Both the position numbers and the translations under genes were made by a program. A stretch of DNA of 64,000 nucleotides from an uncultured Actinomycetes bacterium (GTDB lineage: Bacteria > Actinomycetota > Acidimicrobiia > IMCC26256 > DASPTH01), in the NCBI GenBank assembly GCA_963809795.1, contig CAWELN010000006.1:398409-462408 (forward strand), given 5' to 3'. Every line of letters begins with the position of its first letter. The stretch's first letter is position 1. Shown piece after piece: positions 33,487 to 43,233 of the stretch. The notes under the pieces are model-generated. The model was not told where the DNA came from. It saw nothing but the letters and a program-made list of their open reading frames with translations, and did not search any database.

Positions 33487-35271
33487 ATGGCGACGACCAA
33501 GACCAAGGACGCCAACGGGCTCGTCGAGATGGCGTGGGACCCGATCACCCGGATCGTCGGCAGCCTCGGCATCTACACCAAGATCGACTTCGGTCAGGGC
33601 AAGGTCGCGGAGTGCCACAGCACGTCGTCGATCTTCCGCGGCTACAGCATCTTCATGAAGGGCAAGGACCCGCGCGACGCGCACTTCATCACCAGCCGCA
33701 TCTGTGGGATCTGCGGTGACAACCACGCGACGTGCTCCTGCTACACGCAGAACATGGCGTACGGCGTGCACCCCCCGGCGCTGGGCGAGCAGATCGTCAA
33801 CCTCGGCGAGGCGGCCGAGTACATGTTCGACCACAACATCTTCCAGGAGAACCTGGTCGGCGTCGACTTCTGCGAGAAGATGGTCGCGGAGACCAACCCG
33901 GGTGTCCTCGAGCAGGCGAACCGCACCGAGGCGCCCCACGCGGCCGACCACGGCTACAAGACGATCGGCGACATCATGCGGTCGTTGAACCCGTTCTCGG
34001 GTGAGTTCTACCGCGAGGCACTGCAGGTCAGCCGGTACACGCGCGAGATGTTCTGCCTGATGGAGGGACGCCACGTCCACCCGTCGACGCTGTACCCGGG
34101 TGGAGTCGGCACGACCGCGACCATCCAGCTCTTCACCGACTACTACACGCGGCTCATGCGCTACGTGGAGTTCATGAAGCGCGTCGTCCCGATGCACGAC
34201 GACCTCTTCGACTTCTTCTACCAGGCGCTGCCGGGCTACGAGGAGAACGGCCGGCGGCGCGTGCTCCTCGGCTGCTGGGGCGCGTTCCAGGACCCCGCCG
34301 TCTGCAACTTCAAGTACCGCGACATGAGCGAGTGGGGACGCGCCATGGGCGTCACGCCCGGTGTGGTCGTCGACGGCAAGTTGGTCACCAACGACCTCGT
34401 CGACATCAACCTCGGCATCCGCATCCTCCTCGGTTCCTCGTTCTACGAGGACTGGGAGGGCCAGGAGATGTTCGTCAGCCGGGACCCGCTCGGCAACCCG
34501 GTCGACCGCCGCCACCCGTGGAACCAGCACACCAACCCGCGACCGCAGAAGCGCGACTTCGACAGCAACTACAGCTGGGTCATGTCGCCGCGCTGGTTCG
34601 ACGGCACCGACCACCTCGCGCTCGACACCGGCGGCGGCCCGATCGCGCGCCTCTGGTCGACCGCGCTGTCGGGGCTGGTCAACACCGACCACATCAAGGC
34701 GACCGGTTCGAGCGTGCAGATCTTCCTGCCCCGCACCGCGCTGAAGCCCGAGATGACGCTGGAGTGGAAGGTGCCGCAGTGGTCGAACACGCTCGAGCGT
34801 GACCGCGCGCGCACGTACTTCCAGGCGTACGCGGCCGCCAGCGCGCTCGATTTCATCGAGAAGGCCCTGGCCGACGTGCGCGCCGGCAAGACGAAGACGT
34901 GGGAGCCGTTCGAGGTGCCCGACGAGGGCATCGGCTGTGGGTTCACCGAAGCGGTGCGGGGCGTGCTGTCGCACCACATGGTGATCCGGGAAGGGAAGAT
35001 CGCCAACTACCACCCGTACCCGCCGACCCCGTGGAACGCCAACCCGCGCGACGTCTTCGGCACCCCCGGTCCCTACGAGGACGCGGTGATGAACACCCCG
35101 ATCTTCGAGGAGAACACGCTCGAGAACTTCAAGGGGATCGACATCATGCGCGCCGTCCGCAGCTTCGACCCGTGCCTGCCGTGCGGCGTCCACATGTTCC
35201 TCGGCAAGGGCAAGACGCTCGAGCGGGTGCACACCCCGACCCAGGTCGCGGACTCGACCCTCGCCACCTGA
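33487..35271 (+). CDS. hhyL: Group 1h [NiFe]-hydrogenase large subunit
   Basis: L1 TSRICGICGDNH and L2 RSFDPCLPCGVH group 1h signatures. Confidence 0.96.
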   Translation: MATTKTKDANGLVEMAWDPITRIVGSLGIYTKIDFGQGKVAECHSTSSIFRGYSIFMKGKDPRDAHFITSRICGICGDNHATCSCYTQNMAYGVHPPALGEQIVNLGEAAEYMFDHNIFQENLVGVDFCEKMVAETNPGVLEQANRTEAPHAADHGYKTIGDIMRSLNPFSGEFYREALQVSRYTREMFCLMEGRHVHPSTLYPGGVGTTATIQLFTDYYTRLMRYVEFMKRVVPMHDDLFDFFYQALPGYEENGRRRVLLGCWGAFQDPAVCNFKYRDMSEWGRAMGVTPGVVVDGKLVTNDLVDINLGIRILLGSSFYEDWEGQEMFVSRDPLGNPVDRRHPWNQHTNPRPQKRDFDSNYSWVMSPRWFDGTDHLALDTGGGPIARLWSTALSGLVNTDHIKATGSSVQIFLPRTALKPEMTLEWKVPQWSNTLERDRARTYFQAYAAASALDFIEKALADVRAGKTKTWEPFEVPDEGIGCGFTEAVRGVLSHHMVIREGKIANYHPYPPTPWNANPRDVFGTPGPYEDAVMNTPIFEENTLENFKGIDIMRAVRSFDPCLPCGVHMFLGKGKTLERVHTPTQVADSTLAT

Positions 35272-35290
35272 GCTCACGACCGGAGCTGGC

Positions 35291-35875
35291 ATGGCGGCGC
35301 AGAACCTCCGGGTGGTCGGAGACCGGATCGAGCAGCTGCTCGACGAATTGCACGCCACCGCCGAGCCGGCCACCTGCGCGCTGGCGCAGGAGCTGCTCCG
35401 GCTGGTGACGGAGCTCTACGGCGGTGGGCTCGAACGGGTGGTGGCGCTGGCACGCGAGGACGCGCCCGAGCTCATCGACCGGCTCCTCGCCGACGAGCTG
35501 GTCGCCAGCCTCCTGCTCGTGCACGGCCTGCACCCCGAGTCGGTGACCGCCCGGGTCGAGCAGGCGCTGGAGTCGGTGCGACCCTTCCTCGCGACCCACG
35601 ACGGCGACGTCGAGCTGCTCGACGTCGACGAGGACGCCGGCGCGGTGCACCTGCGGCTGCTCGGCAGTTGCGACGGCTGCCCGTCGTCGGCCGTGACGTT
35701 GCGCGACGCGGTCGAGCGGGCGATCGTCGAGGCGGCGCCCGAGATCACGATCATCGACGTCGAACAACCGTCGACCGAGGCCCCCGAACCGGCGGTGATC
35801 GGCACCCCGGTGACCCTGACCCGCAAGCCGGCGCCGCGCTTCGAGAGCTGTCCCACCGGGGTTGCGGCGCGATGA
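35291..35875 (+). CDS. NifU-like Fe-S protein (HhyE-like, short)
   Basis: LLLVHGLHP, VRPFL..HDGDV, GSCDGCPSS. Confidence 0.85.
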   Translation: MAAQNLRVVGDRIEQLLDELHATAEPATCALAQELLRLVTELYGGGLERVVALAREDAPELIDRLLADELVASLLLVHGLHPESVTARVEQALESVRPFLATHDGDVELLDVDEDAGAVHLRLLGSCDGCPSSAVTLRDAVERAIVEAAPEITIIDVEQPSTEAPEPAVIGTPVTLTRKPAPRFESCPTGVAAR

Positions 35876-36496
35876 GCGGCGACCCCCTCGCAGCCGTACG
35901 GCGCCTCCGCCGCGCGCCGTCACCGCCGCCCCCGGTGGGCGAGACCTGCGAGCTCTGCGGCGAGCCGGTGGGGCCCGAGCACAACCACCTGGTCGACCTC
36001 GAACGTCGCAACCTCATGTGCGCGTGCCGGCTCTGCTGGATGCTCTTCGCGCCCGACGGTGCCGGCGGCGGGCACTTCAAGGCGGTACCGGAGCGGTACG
36101 TGGCGTTCCCCGACCTCCGGTTGACGCGCGCCGAGTGGGACTCGCTCCAGATCCCGGTGAGCGTCGCGTTCTTCTTCGTGAACTCGAGCATCGATCGCGT
36201 CGCCGCGTTCTACCCGGGCCCGGCGGGCGCGACCGAGTCGCTCCTCCCGCTCGACACGTGGGACGAGCTCGCGATCGGTCACGCCGAGCTGGCGACGCTG
36301 CTGCCCGACGTCGAGGCGTTCCTCGTGCGCGCCGTACGCGGTGCCGACGAGGCGGAGTGCTTCCTCGTGCCCATCGACGCGTGCTACGAGCTGGTCGGTC
36401 GGTTGCGGATGCTGTGGCGGGGCTTCGACGGCGGGCAGGAGGCGCACCAGGCGCTCGAAGCAGTTCTTCCTCGAGGTGCGGGCGAGGGCGTCGTGA
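35872..36496 (+). CDS. DUF5947-like (HhaA-like) hydrogenase accessory protein; extra base at ~36460
   Basis: CELC, CACRLC, FYPGPAGATES, PIDACYELVG, WRGFDGG; the corrected frame ends QFFLEVRARAS* overlapping the next GTG. Confidence 0.8.
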
Positions 36497-37140
36497 GCGA
36501 CCTCGAGTTCGAGGTGCTCGACGCGCAGCCCGAGCCCTACGCGGCGGTGCCGACGATCATGCTCCGGCTGCGGGTCACCGAGCGCAGCGGGATGCCGGTG
36601 CACGCCGTGGCGCTGCGCTGCCAGGTGCGCATCGAGCCCCAGCGGCGGCGCTACACCGACGCCGAGACCGCGGCCCTGGTCGAGGTGTTCGGCGAGCGCA
36701 CCCAGTGGGCCGATTCGCTGCGGCCGTTCCTGTGGACGCACGTCTCGACCACCGTGTCGTCGTTCTCGGGCAGCACCGAGGTCGACCTGCCGATCACGTG
36801 CACCTACGACTTCGAGGTGTCGGGCACGCGCTACTTCCACACGCTGGCCGACGGCGAGATCCCGCTCCTCCTGTTGTTCTCGGGCACGACGTTCGTCGCC
36901 GGAGCCGACGGGTTCTCGGTCACCCCGGTGGCGTGGCACGAGGAGGCCGCGTTCCGTCTCCCGGTGGCGGTGTGGCAGGGGATGATGGACGCCCACTACC
37001 CGAACCGCGCGTTCGTCACCGTGAGCCGCGAGACCCTCGACGGGCTCCTCCGGTACCGCGCCGCGCACGCGCTGCCCACCTGGGACCTGGTCCTCGAACG
37101 GCTGCTGAAGGAAGCAGGCGCGGCGGGGGAGGAGCGGTGA
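36493..37140 (+). CDS. DUF6084-like (HhaB-like) accessory protein
   Basis: CQVRIEP.RRRY, CTYDFEV, PLLLLFSGT, HYPN. Confidence 0.8.
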   Translation: MSDLEFEVLDAQPEPYAAVPTIMLRLRVTERSGMPVHAVALRCQVRIEPQRRRYTDAETAALVEVFGERTQWADSLRPFLWTHVSTTVSSFSGSTEVDLPITCTYDFEVSGTRYFHTLADGEIPLLLLFSGTTFVAGADGFSVTPVAWHEEAAFRLPVAVWQGMMDAHYPNRAFVTVSRETLDGLLRYRAAHALPTWDLVLERLLKEAGAAGEER

Positions 37141-38489
37141 GCGATCGCTTCGACGCCGCCCGCGCCGTCGCCGACGCGGTGCTGTTCGAGGGCTACGTGC
37201 TGTACCCGTACCGCGCGTCGGCGCCCAAGAACCAGATCCGGTGGCAGTGGGGTGTGCTCTTCCCGCGGGCATTCGCCGAGGCCGACGGCTCCGAGCGGTG
37301 GCGGAACCGCACCGAGTGCGTGGTCGACCCCGGGAGCTCGCCCCGGCTGACCGTGCGCGTGCGTGGGCTGCACGTGCAGCACCGATCGGTCGAAGTCGAC
37401 GGCACGCCGGTCTCCGAGGTGCACGTCGACGGCGTCCCGTGGGTGCCGTGGGACGAGGCGGTGGAGTGGGAGGTCGACCTGCCGGCCGTGCCCCTGCTGC
37501 CGCTGCAGGAGGCGACGCACGAGGAGCTCGTGGCGCTGCCCGGCGGCGAGGAGCGGGAGCCACTGCGGAGCGCCGACGGCACCGAGTGCGGCGTCCTGGT
37601 GCGCCGCCGCGAGCCGATCGACGTCGTCGTGAGCGTCGCCGCCGAGTGGGCGGCCGGCAACGGTGCGCTCGTGAAGGCCACCGTGGTGGTCGAGAACGCG
37701 TCGCCGGCGACGGTCGACACGACGACGCGTGATGACGCGCTCCGGCGCGCGCTCGTGGCCGTCCACCTCCTGCTCGGCGTCGACGACGGCGCCTTCGTCT
37801 CGCTGCTCGACCCTGACGACGGTGCGCGGGCCGCGGTCGCGGGATGTGACGGCGACGGCACGTTCCCGGTGCTCGTGGGCGGCGACGACCGGGTGATGCT
37901 GGCCGCGCCGATCATCCTGTACGACCACCCGGAGATCGCCCCCGAGAGCGACGGTGATCTGTGCGACGCCACCGAGATCGACGAGATCCTCGCGCTGCGC
38001 GTCCTGACCCTGACCGACGAGGAGAAGGCGGAAGCCCGTGCCACCGACCCCCGCGCGGCCGCGATCGTGGACCGCATCGACGACATGGCGCCCGAGACCT
38101 TCGCGCGCCTGCACGGGACGCTTCGGGAGTTGCGCCCGCTGCCGGATGAGGATGCGGACGTGGCCGTGCCGTGGTGGGAGCCCGCCGTCGACGCCGCGGT
38201 AGACCCCTGGTCCGACACCCTCCTCGTCGGCGGCGTCGAGGTCGCGGCGGGGACCCGCGTGCGGCTCCGGCCGTCGCGCCGGGCCGACGCGCACGACATG
38301 TTCCTGCGCGACATGGTCGCCACCGTGGCCGGTGTCTTCCACGACGTCGACGACGAGCTCCACGTCGCGGTGACGGTCGACGACGACCCCGCGACCGAGG
38401 CGATGCTCGCGCACGGTCGCTACCTGTACTTCCATCCCGACGAGATCGAGCCGCTCGCGTCGGACGAGTCGCGGTCGCGCTCCTCGTGA
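37137..38489 (+). CDS. Conserved group 1h accessory protein (HhaC-like)
   Basis: AVADAVLFEGYVLYPYRASA.KNQ.RWQ, PIILYDHP, DATEIDEIL, YLYFHPDE. Confidence 0.8.
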   Translation: MSDRFDAARAVADAVLFEGYVLYPYRASAPKNQIRWQWGVLFPRAFAEADGSERWRNRTECVVDPGSSPRLTVRVRGLHVQHRSVEVDGTPVSEVHVDGVPWVPWDEAVEWEVDLPAVPLLPLQEATHEELVALPGGEEREPLRSADGTECGVLVRRREPIDVVVSVAAEWAAGNGALVKATVVVENASPATVDTTTRDDALRRALVAVHLLLGVDDGAFVSLLDPDDGARAAVAGCDGDGTFPVLVGGDDRVMLAAPIILYDHPEIAPESDGDLCDATEIDEILALRVLTLTDEEKAEARATDPRAAAIVDRIDDMAPETFARLHGTLRELRPLPDEDADVAVPWWEPAVDAAVDPWSDTLLVGGVEVAAGTRVRLRPSRRADAHDMFLRDMVATVAGVFHDVDDELHVAVTVDDDPATEAMLAHGRYLYFHPDEIEPLASDESRSRSS

Positions 38490-39001
38490 GCGCGCGCGTG
38501 CTCGTGGCCGGGATCGGGAACATCTTCCTCGGCGACGACGGCTTCGGCGTCGAAGTGGCCCAGCGGCTGCGCCGGCGCCCGGCGAGAGACGGCGTGCGGG
38601 TGGAGGACTACGGCATCCGCGGCGTCCACCTCGCCTACGAGCTGCTCGACGGCTACGACGCGCTCGTCCTCGTCGACGCGGTGCCCATGGACGAGCCCGC
38701 GGGCACGGTGGTGGTGATGGAACCGGATCCGCCGTCACCGGCGACCGAGGGACTCGGCGGCCCCGTGCTCGAGGCCCACAGCATGGATCCGGTCGTCGTG
38801 CTCGACCTCCTCGCCGGCCTCGGCGGCACGGTCGACCGGGTGCTGGTGGTCGGCTGTGCGCCGGCGTCGCTCGACGAGGGGATCGGCCTGTCGGCGCCGG
38901 TCGAGGACGCGGTCGACCGCGCCGTCGACGCCATCGAGGACCTGCTCGGAGACCTGTGCGCGCCGATCGCGCGCACGGATGCAAAGGAGACCTGCCCATG
39001 A
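38486..39001 (+). CDS. Hydrogenase maturation endopeptidase
   Basis: GIGNIFLGDDGFG, LVDA, AHSMDP. Confidence 0.92.
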   Translation: MSARVLVAGIGNIFLGDDGFGVEVAQRLRRRPARDGVRVEDYGIRGVHLAYELLDGYDALVLVDAVPMDEPAGTVVVMEPDPPSPATEGLGGPVLEAHSMDPVVVLDLLAGLGGTVDRVLVVGCAPASLDEGIGLSAPVEDAVDRAVDAIEDLLGDLCAPIARTDAKETCP

Positions 39002-39102
39002 TCCGCAAGCTGTTCGTGTTGTCGGCGCTCGCGGCGGTCGCCGGCCTGGTGATCCGCTCGCTGCCCGACATCCAGCGGTATCTCAAGATCCGTGAGATGT
39101 AG
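38998..39102 (+). CDS. 34-aa membrane peptide (DUF6893-like), below the ORF-track cutoff
   Basis: MIRKLFVLSALAAVAGLVIRSLPDIQRYLKIREM; AAGGAG RBS and ATGA overlap. Confidence 0.8.
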   Translation: MIRKLFVLSALAAVAGLVIRSLPDIQRYLKIREM

Positions 39103-39109
39103 GCGGTTC

Positions 39110-39625
39110 GTGGCCCGCTACCGCATCGTGCCCGAGCGCTCGAAGGTGTTCATCTCCGCCCGCTCCAGCCTCCACCCGATCGACACGCGCACCGACGGGT
39201 TGGAGGGCTTCGTCGACCTCGAGGTGCAGGGCGGCGGGCGCCTGAACCTGACCGTGCCGACGAAGGGCCGGGTGTCGTTCCCGGTCGAGCGGATGGCGTC
39301 GGGCAACCCGCTCGAGGATCGCGAGCTGCGGCGCCGAATCGACGCCCGCCGCTACCCGACGATCGAGGGCGCGCTCACCGACATGCACGAGACGGGACGG
39401 GACGGCCGGTACCTGGTACGCGGCGACGTGACGTTCAAGGGCTCCACCCGCAGCTACGAAGACGAGATGGCGGTGTCGCAGGACGACGACGGGACGCTGC
39501 GGTTGACGGGGGAGTCCATCTTCGACATCCGCGACTTCGGCATGGACCCGCCGCGCATCCTCATGCTCAAGGTCGAACCCGAGGTCGGCGTGCGGGTCGA
39601 GATCCTCGCCGAGCGGGAGGGCTGA
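39110..39625 (+). CDS. YceI-family lipid/polyisoprenoid-binding protein, no signal peptide
   Basis: RS.VFI.ARSS, SGNPLEDRELR, YPTI, GDVTFKG.TR, DIRDFG. Confidence 0.8.
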   Translation: MARYRIVPERSKVFISARSSLHPIDTRTDGLEGFVDLEVQGGGRLNLTVPTKGRVSFPVERMASGNPLEDRELRRRIDARRYPTIEGALTDMHETGRDGRYLVRGDVTFKGSTRSYEDEMAVSQDDDGTLRLTGESIFDIRDFGMDPPRILMLKVEPEVGVRVEILAEREG

Positions 39626-39627
39626 CC

Positions 39628-39921
39628 GTGTGCCTCGGCATCCCCGGCCAGGTGATCGAGCTGCTCGAGGTGCACGAGCACCTCGCGCGCATCGACGTGA
39701 GTGGGGTGGGTCGGGTCGTGAACATCGGCCTGCTGGAAGACGAGCACCTCGCACCGGGTGACTGGGTGCTCATCCACGTCGGCTTCGCGATGTCGAAGAT
39801 CGACGAGGACGAGGCGCGGCGGGCACTGGAGGGGCTCCAGCTCCTCGGTCGGGAGCTCGACGACGAGCTGCAGGCGCTCGCGACCTCGAGGATCACCGCC
39901 GAGGAAGGGGGTACTCGCTGA
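39628..39921 (+). CDS. hypC: Hydrogenase chaperone HypC
   Basis: MCLGIPG, GDWVLIHVGFAM. Confidence 0.95.
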   Translation: MCLGIPGQVIELLEVHEHLARIDVSGVGRVVNIGLLEDEHLAPGDWVLIHVGFAMSKIDEDEARRALEGLQLLGRELDDELQALATSRITAEEGGTR

Positions 39922-41042
39922 TGCGCTTCGTCGACGAGTACCGCGATCCCGCGGCGGCGCGGGCGCTCATCGCCCGCATCACCGAGGTCGCGGGCGACGA
40001 CCACTTCAAGTTCATGGAGGTGTGCGGCGGCCACACGCACACCATCTACCGGCACGGGATCGAGCACGTGCTCCCGGACACGGTGGAGCTGGTGCACGGT
40101 CCCGGCTGCCCCGTGTGCGTGATCCCGATGGGAAGGGTCGACGATGCGATCGCGGTGGCACAGACCGACGGCGTGATCTTCACGTCGTTCGGCGACATGA
40201 TGCGCGTCCCGGGGAGCACCGGCAACCTGCTCGAGGCCAAGGCGCGCGGCGCCGACGTGCGCTTCGTGTACTCGCCGCTCGATGCCTTGCGCCTCGCGGT
40301 GGAGACGCCCGACCGCGACGTGGTGTTCTTCGCGGTCGGGTTCGAGACCACCGCGCCGTCCACCGCGTTGACGCTGCTCCGGGCGCGCGAGCTCGGGGTC
40401 ACCAACTTCCGGGTGTTCTGCAACCACGTGACGATCGTGCCGCCGATCAAGGCCATCCTCGAGTCGCCCGACCTGCGGCTCGACGGCTTCCTCGGGCCCG
40501 GGCACGTGTCGACCGTCGTGGGGAACCGGCCCTACCGCTTCGTCACCGAGCAGTACGGCAAGCCGCTCGTGACCACGGGCTTCGAGCCGCTCGACGTGCT
40601 CCAGGCGATCGACATGCTGCTGGCGCAGATCCGCGACGGACGGTGCGAGATCGAGAACCAGTACGCCCGCGTGGTGCGCGACGAAGGGAACCCCCGCGCG
40701 CTGGCGGTGCTCGCCGAGGTGTTCGAGCTGCGACCGCACTTCGAGTGGCGGGGGCTCGGCTTCATCTCGCAGAGCGCACTGAAGTTGCGGCCCGAGTTCG
40801 CCGCCTTCGACGTCGAGGAGCACTACCGCATCCCGGGGGTGCGAGTCGCCGATCCCAAGGCGTGCCAGTGCGGTGAGGTGCTCAAGGGCGTCATCAAGCC
40901 CTGGGAGTGCAAGGTGTTCGGCACTGCGTGCACACCGGAGACGCCCATCGGGACGTGCATGGTCTCGTCCGAGGGGGCGTGCGCGGCGTACTACAACTTC
41001 GGGCGCCTGCACCGCGAGGTGGCGGTGACCCTGGGGAGGTAG
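39921..41042 (+). CDS. hypD: Hydrogenase maturation protein HypD
   Basis: CGGHTH, GPGCPVC, GFETT, PGHVS, CMVSSEGACAA. Confidence 0.96.
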   Translation: MRFVDEYRDPAAARALIARITEVAGDDHFKFMEVCGGHTHTIYRHGIEHVLPDTVELVHGPGCPVCVIPMGRVDDAIAVAQTDGVIFTSFGDMMRVPGSTGNLLEAKARGADVRFVYSPLDALRLAVETPDRDVVFFAVGFETTAPSTALTLLRARELGVTNFRVFCNHVTIVPPIKAILESPDLRLDGFLGPGHVSTVVGNRPYRFVTEQYGKPLVTTGFEPLDVLQAIDMLLAQIRDGRCEIENQYARVVRDEGNPRALAVLAEVFELRPHFEWRGLGFISQSALKLRPEFAAFDVEEHYRIPGVRVADPKACQCGEVLKGVIKPWECKVFGTACTPETPIGTCMVSSEGACAAYYNFGRLHREVAVTLGR

Positions 41043-41129
41043 ACCGGGCGGCGGTGGTCACCGGCGCTCTCATCTGGCGCTCATCGACAGCTCACGCCGG
41101 TCTCACGCCGCGCCGACGAGAGTCCGGGC

Positions 41130-42545
41130 ATGGCGACGACGGTGCGGGCGCGGCCCGAACGCACCTCGGCGCCCACGACCCGGGCGCGCCCTCGCTGGCT
41201 GGGCGGCGCGCTCGTGGCCGTGGTGCTCGTCGGGGCGGGCTTCCGACTCTGGGGGCTCGGCGCCAACCGCCTCGGATACGACGAGGCGTTCACCGCCATG
41301 GCCGGCCGCCTGCCGCTGGGCTCCCTCTTCGGGTACTTGCGCGCGCACGACTCCCACCCGCCGCTCGACTACCTCCTGCACCTGCCGCTCGCGCGCCTCG
41401 GCGTCAGTGCCTTCTGGTTCCGCATGCCGGGCGTGCTCTGCTCGATCGCCGCGCTGGGGCTGTTCGCGTGGTGGATGCGCGATCGCGGCCGGGTGGGGGT
41501 GCTGGCCACCGCGATCATGGCGTGCAGCGCGTTCGAGATCGTGCACGGCCGCGAGGCGCGCATGTACGCGGAGCTCGAGCTGCTCGGTGTCGCGGTGGCG
41601 GTGCTGGCGTACGCGTGGTTGCAGGCACCGCGCCGGCGCCACGCCTACCTCCTCGGCATCCTGGTGCTCCTCGGCCTCCTGACCCACGTCTCGATGTTCC
41701 TGGTCGGTGCCGGGCTCCTGGCCCTCCCCGGGCGCCGTCGTGACCGCGAGGCGTGGCGCTGGCGGGGTGCGATCGCCGCCGCCGGCGCGGGGTGGGCCGC
41801 GCTGTGGGGCTCCTCCTTCCTCGTGCAGGCCCGGGGCGGCCACTCGGACTGGATCCCGCGGACCACACCGGGCCGCGTGGTCGACACCGTCTCCAGCCTC
41901 GTCACCCAGGACACCGCGCACGCGCTGGTGATCGTGCTCGCGGTCGCGGCGGGCGGCGTGCTCCTGGTGCGGAGCGACCGGCGGATGGGTCGCGTGTGGT
42001 GCGCGTGCTTCGTCGTCCCGTTGACGCTCGCCGCGGTGGCGGGCTTGGCCGCGCCGGTGCTGCTGGACCGCACCCTCACGATGGTGGCGTGGGCGCCGAT
42101 GTTGGCGATCGCGGTGGTGCTCGACCGGTTGCTGCGGCGCGCGCCCGCGCTCGGGATCGCCGCGGTGGTGGTGGCGGGGCTGCTCGTGCTGCCGCCGTCG
42201 TTCTCCGCGCTCGCGGGGAGCACCGCCCCGGACCGCGCCCTGCGCCGCCTCGAAGCAGTGGCGCGTCCCGGCGACGTGGTCGCGGTACGCGCCGCGGGCA
42301 AGGCGCCCGAGGTGCAATGGACGCTCGGCGTGCGCGGGCACCAACCCTGGAAGCCGGTCACGCTGACCGACGTGGTGCCGACGGTCGCCGGCCTGCGCCT
42401 CGGCGGCGCGGCGCCCACGGGGCGGATCTGGATCCTCGACTGGAACTCACGGGTGCGCGCCGCGCCCGGGTACCAACGGTGTGCGCCGGACCGCCACTTC
42501 GGGGTGAGCCGGATCCTCTGCCTACGCCGCGTCGACGCCGATTAG
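41130..42545 (+). CDS. GT-C fold (ArnT/PMT-like) membrane glycosyltransferase
   Basis: YDEAF, DSHPPL, EARMYA, many TM helices. Confidence 0.8.
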   Translation: MATTVRARPERTSAPTTRARPRWLGGALVAVVLVGAGFRLWGLGANRLGYDEAFTAMAGRLPLGSLFGYLRAHDSHPPLDYLLHLPLARLGVSAFWFRMPGVLCSIAALGLFAWWMRDRGRVGVLATAIMACSAFEIVHGREARMYAELELLGVAVAVLAYAWLQAPRRRHAYLLGILVLLGLLTHVSMFLVGAGLLALPGRRRDREAWRWRGAIAAAGAGWAALWGSSFLVQARGGHSDWIPRTTPGRVVDTVSSLVTQDTAHALVIVLAVAAGGVLLVRSDRRMGRVWCACFVVPLTLAAVAGLAAPVLLDRTLTMVAWAPMLAIAVVLDRLLRRAPALGIAAVVVAGLLVLPPSFSALAGSTAPDRALRRLEAVARPGDVVAVRAAGKAPEVQWTLGVRGHQPWKPVTLTDVVPTVAGLRLGGAAPTGRIWILDWNSRVRAAPGYQRCAPDRHFGVSRILCLRRVDAD

Positions 42546-42574
42546 CTGTCACACCCTCTCCCTATCGTCCCCGC

Positions 42575-43233
42575 ATGGGCTACCGCGGGAAGGTCGAGGA
42601 GCAGGAGCGAGCACGCGTGCTGCGCGCCCGCAACATGACCCTGCAGGACATCGCCACCGAGCTCGGCGTCGCCAAGTCATCCGTCTCGCTGTGGGTCCGC
42701 GACGTGCCCTTCACCCCCTCGAAGCGGCGCACCGGGCCGCACCGACGCCCGCATCCTGCACACGAGGCGAAGCTGGCCCAGATCGCGCGAGCTCGACGCG
42801 GAGGGCATTGCAGCGTATCGGCACGCTGACGGACGACGCGTTTTTCGCCGCCGGGATCGCGCTGTATGCCGGCGAAGGCTCGAAGACCGATGGTGCGGTG
42901 AAGTTCGCGAACACCGATCCCGCGATGATGCCGATTCTTCTGCGCGTGGCTGCGCCGGTTCTTCGACCGTCGACGAGCGTCGTCTTCGCGTGCGCGTCTA
43001 CCTCCACCAAGGACTCGATCTCGAGGCCGCCGAGGCGCACTGGTCGACGTGTCACCGGCGTGCCCTCGTGCGCAGTTCCGGCCGCCGTACCGCGCCGTCG
43101 CCGATCCGAGCATTCGGCGAAACAAGCACGAGTTCGGGTGCGTCTACGTCTGCTACGCGCTGCTCGTTGACGCACCGTCGGATCATGGGACTGGTTCGAG
43201 CGCTGCTATCGTCGAGACGCCATTCCGGGGTAG
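42575..43233 (+). CDS. HTH plus LAGLIDADG-like protein with ~7-8 single-base insertions, abutting tRNA-Asn
   Basis: IATELGVAKSSVSLWVRD (HTH); ALYAGEGSK...FANTDP; reconstructed across several frames. Confidence 0.6.

Noticed and set aside
35668-37140. 490-aa ORF suggesting a DUF5947-DUF6084 fusion
   Set aside because: Removing one base at ~36460 restores a normal stop overlapping the next GTG; probably an indel artefact
41043-42574. attR duplicate of tRNA-Ile bounding the hydrogenase region
   Set aside because: No copy of the tRNA 3' end found by eye, and no integrase nearby
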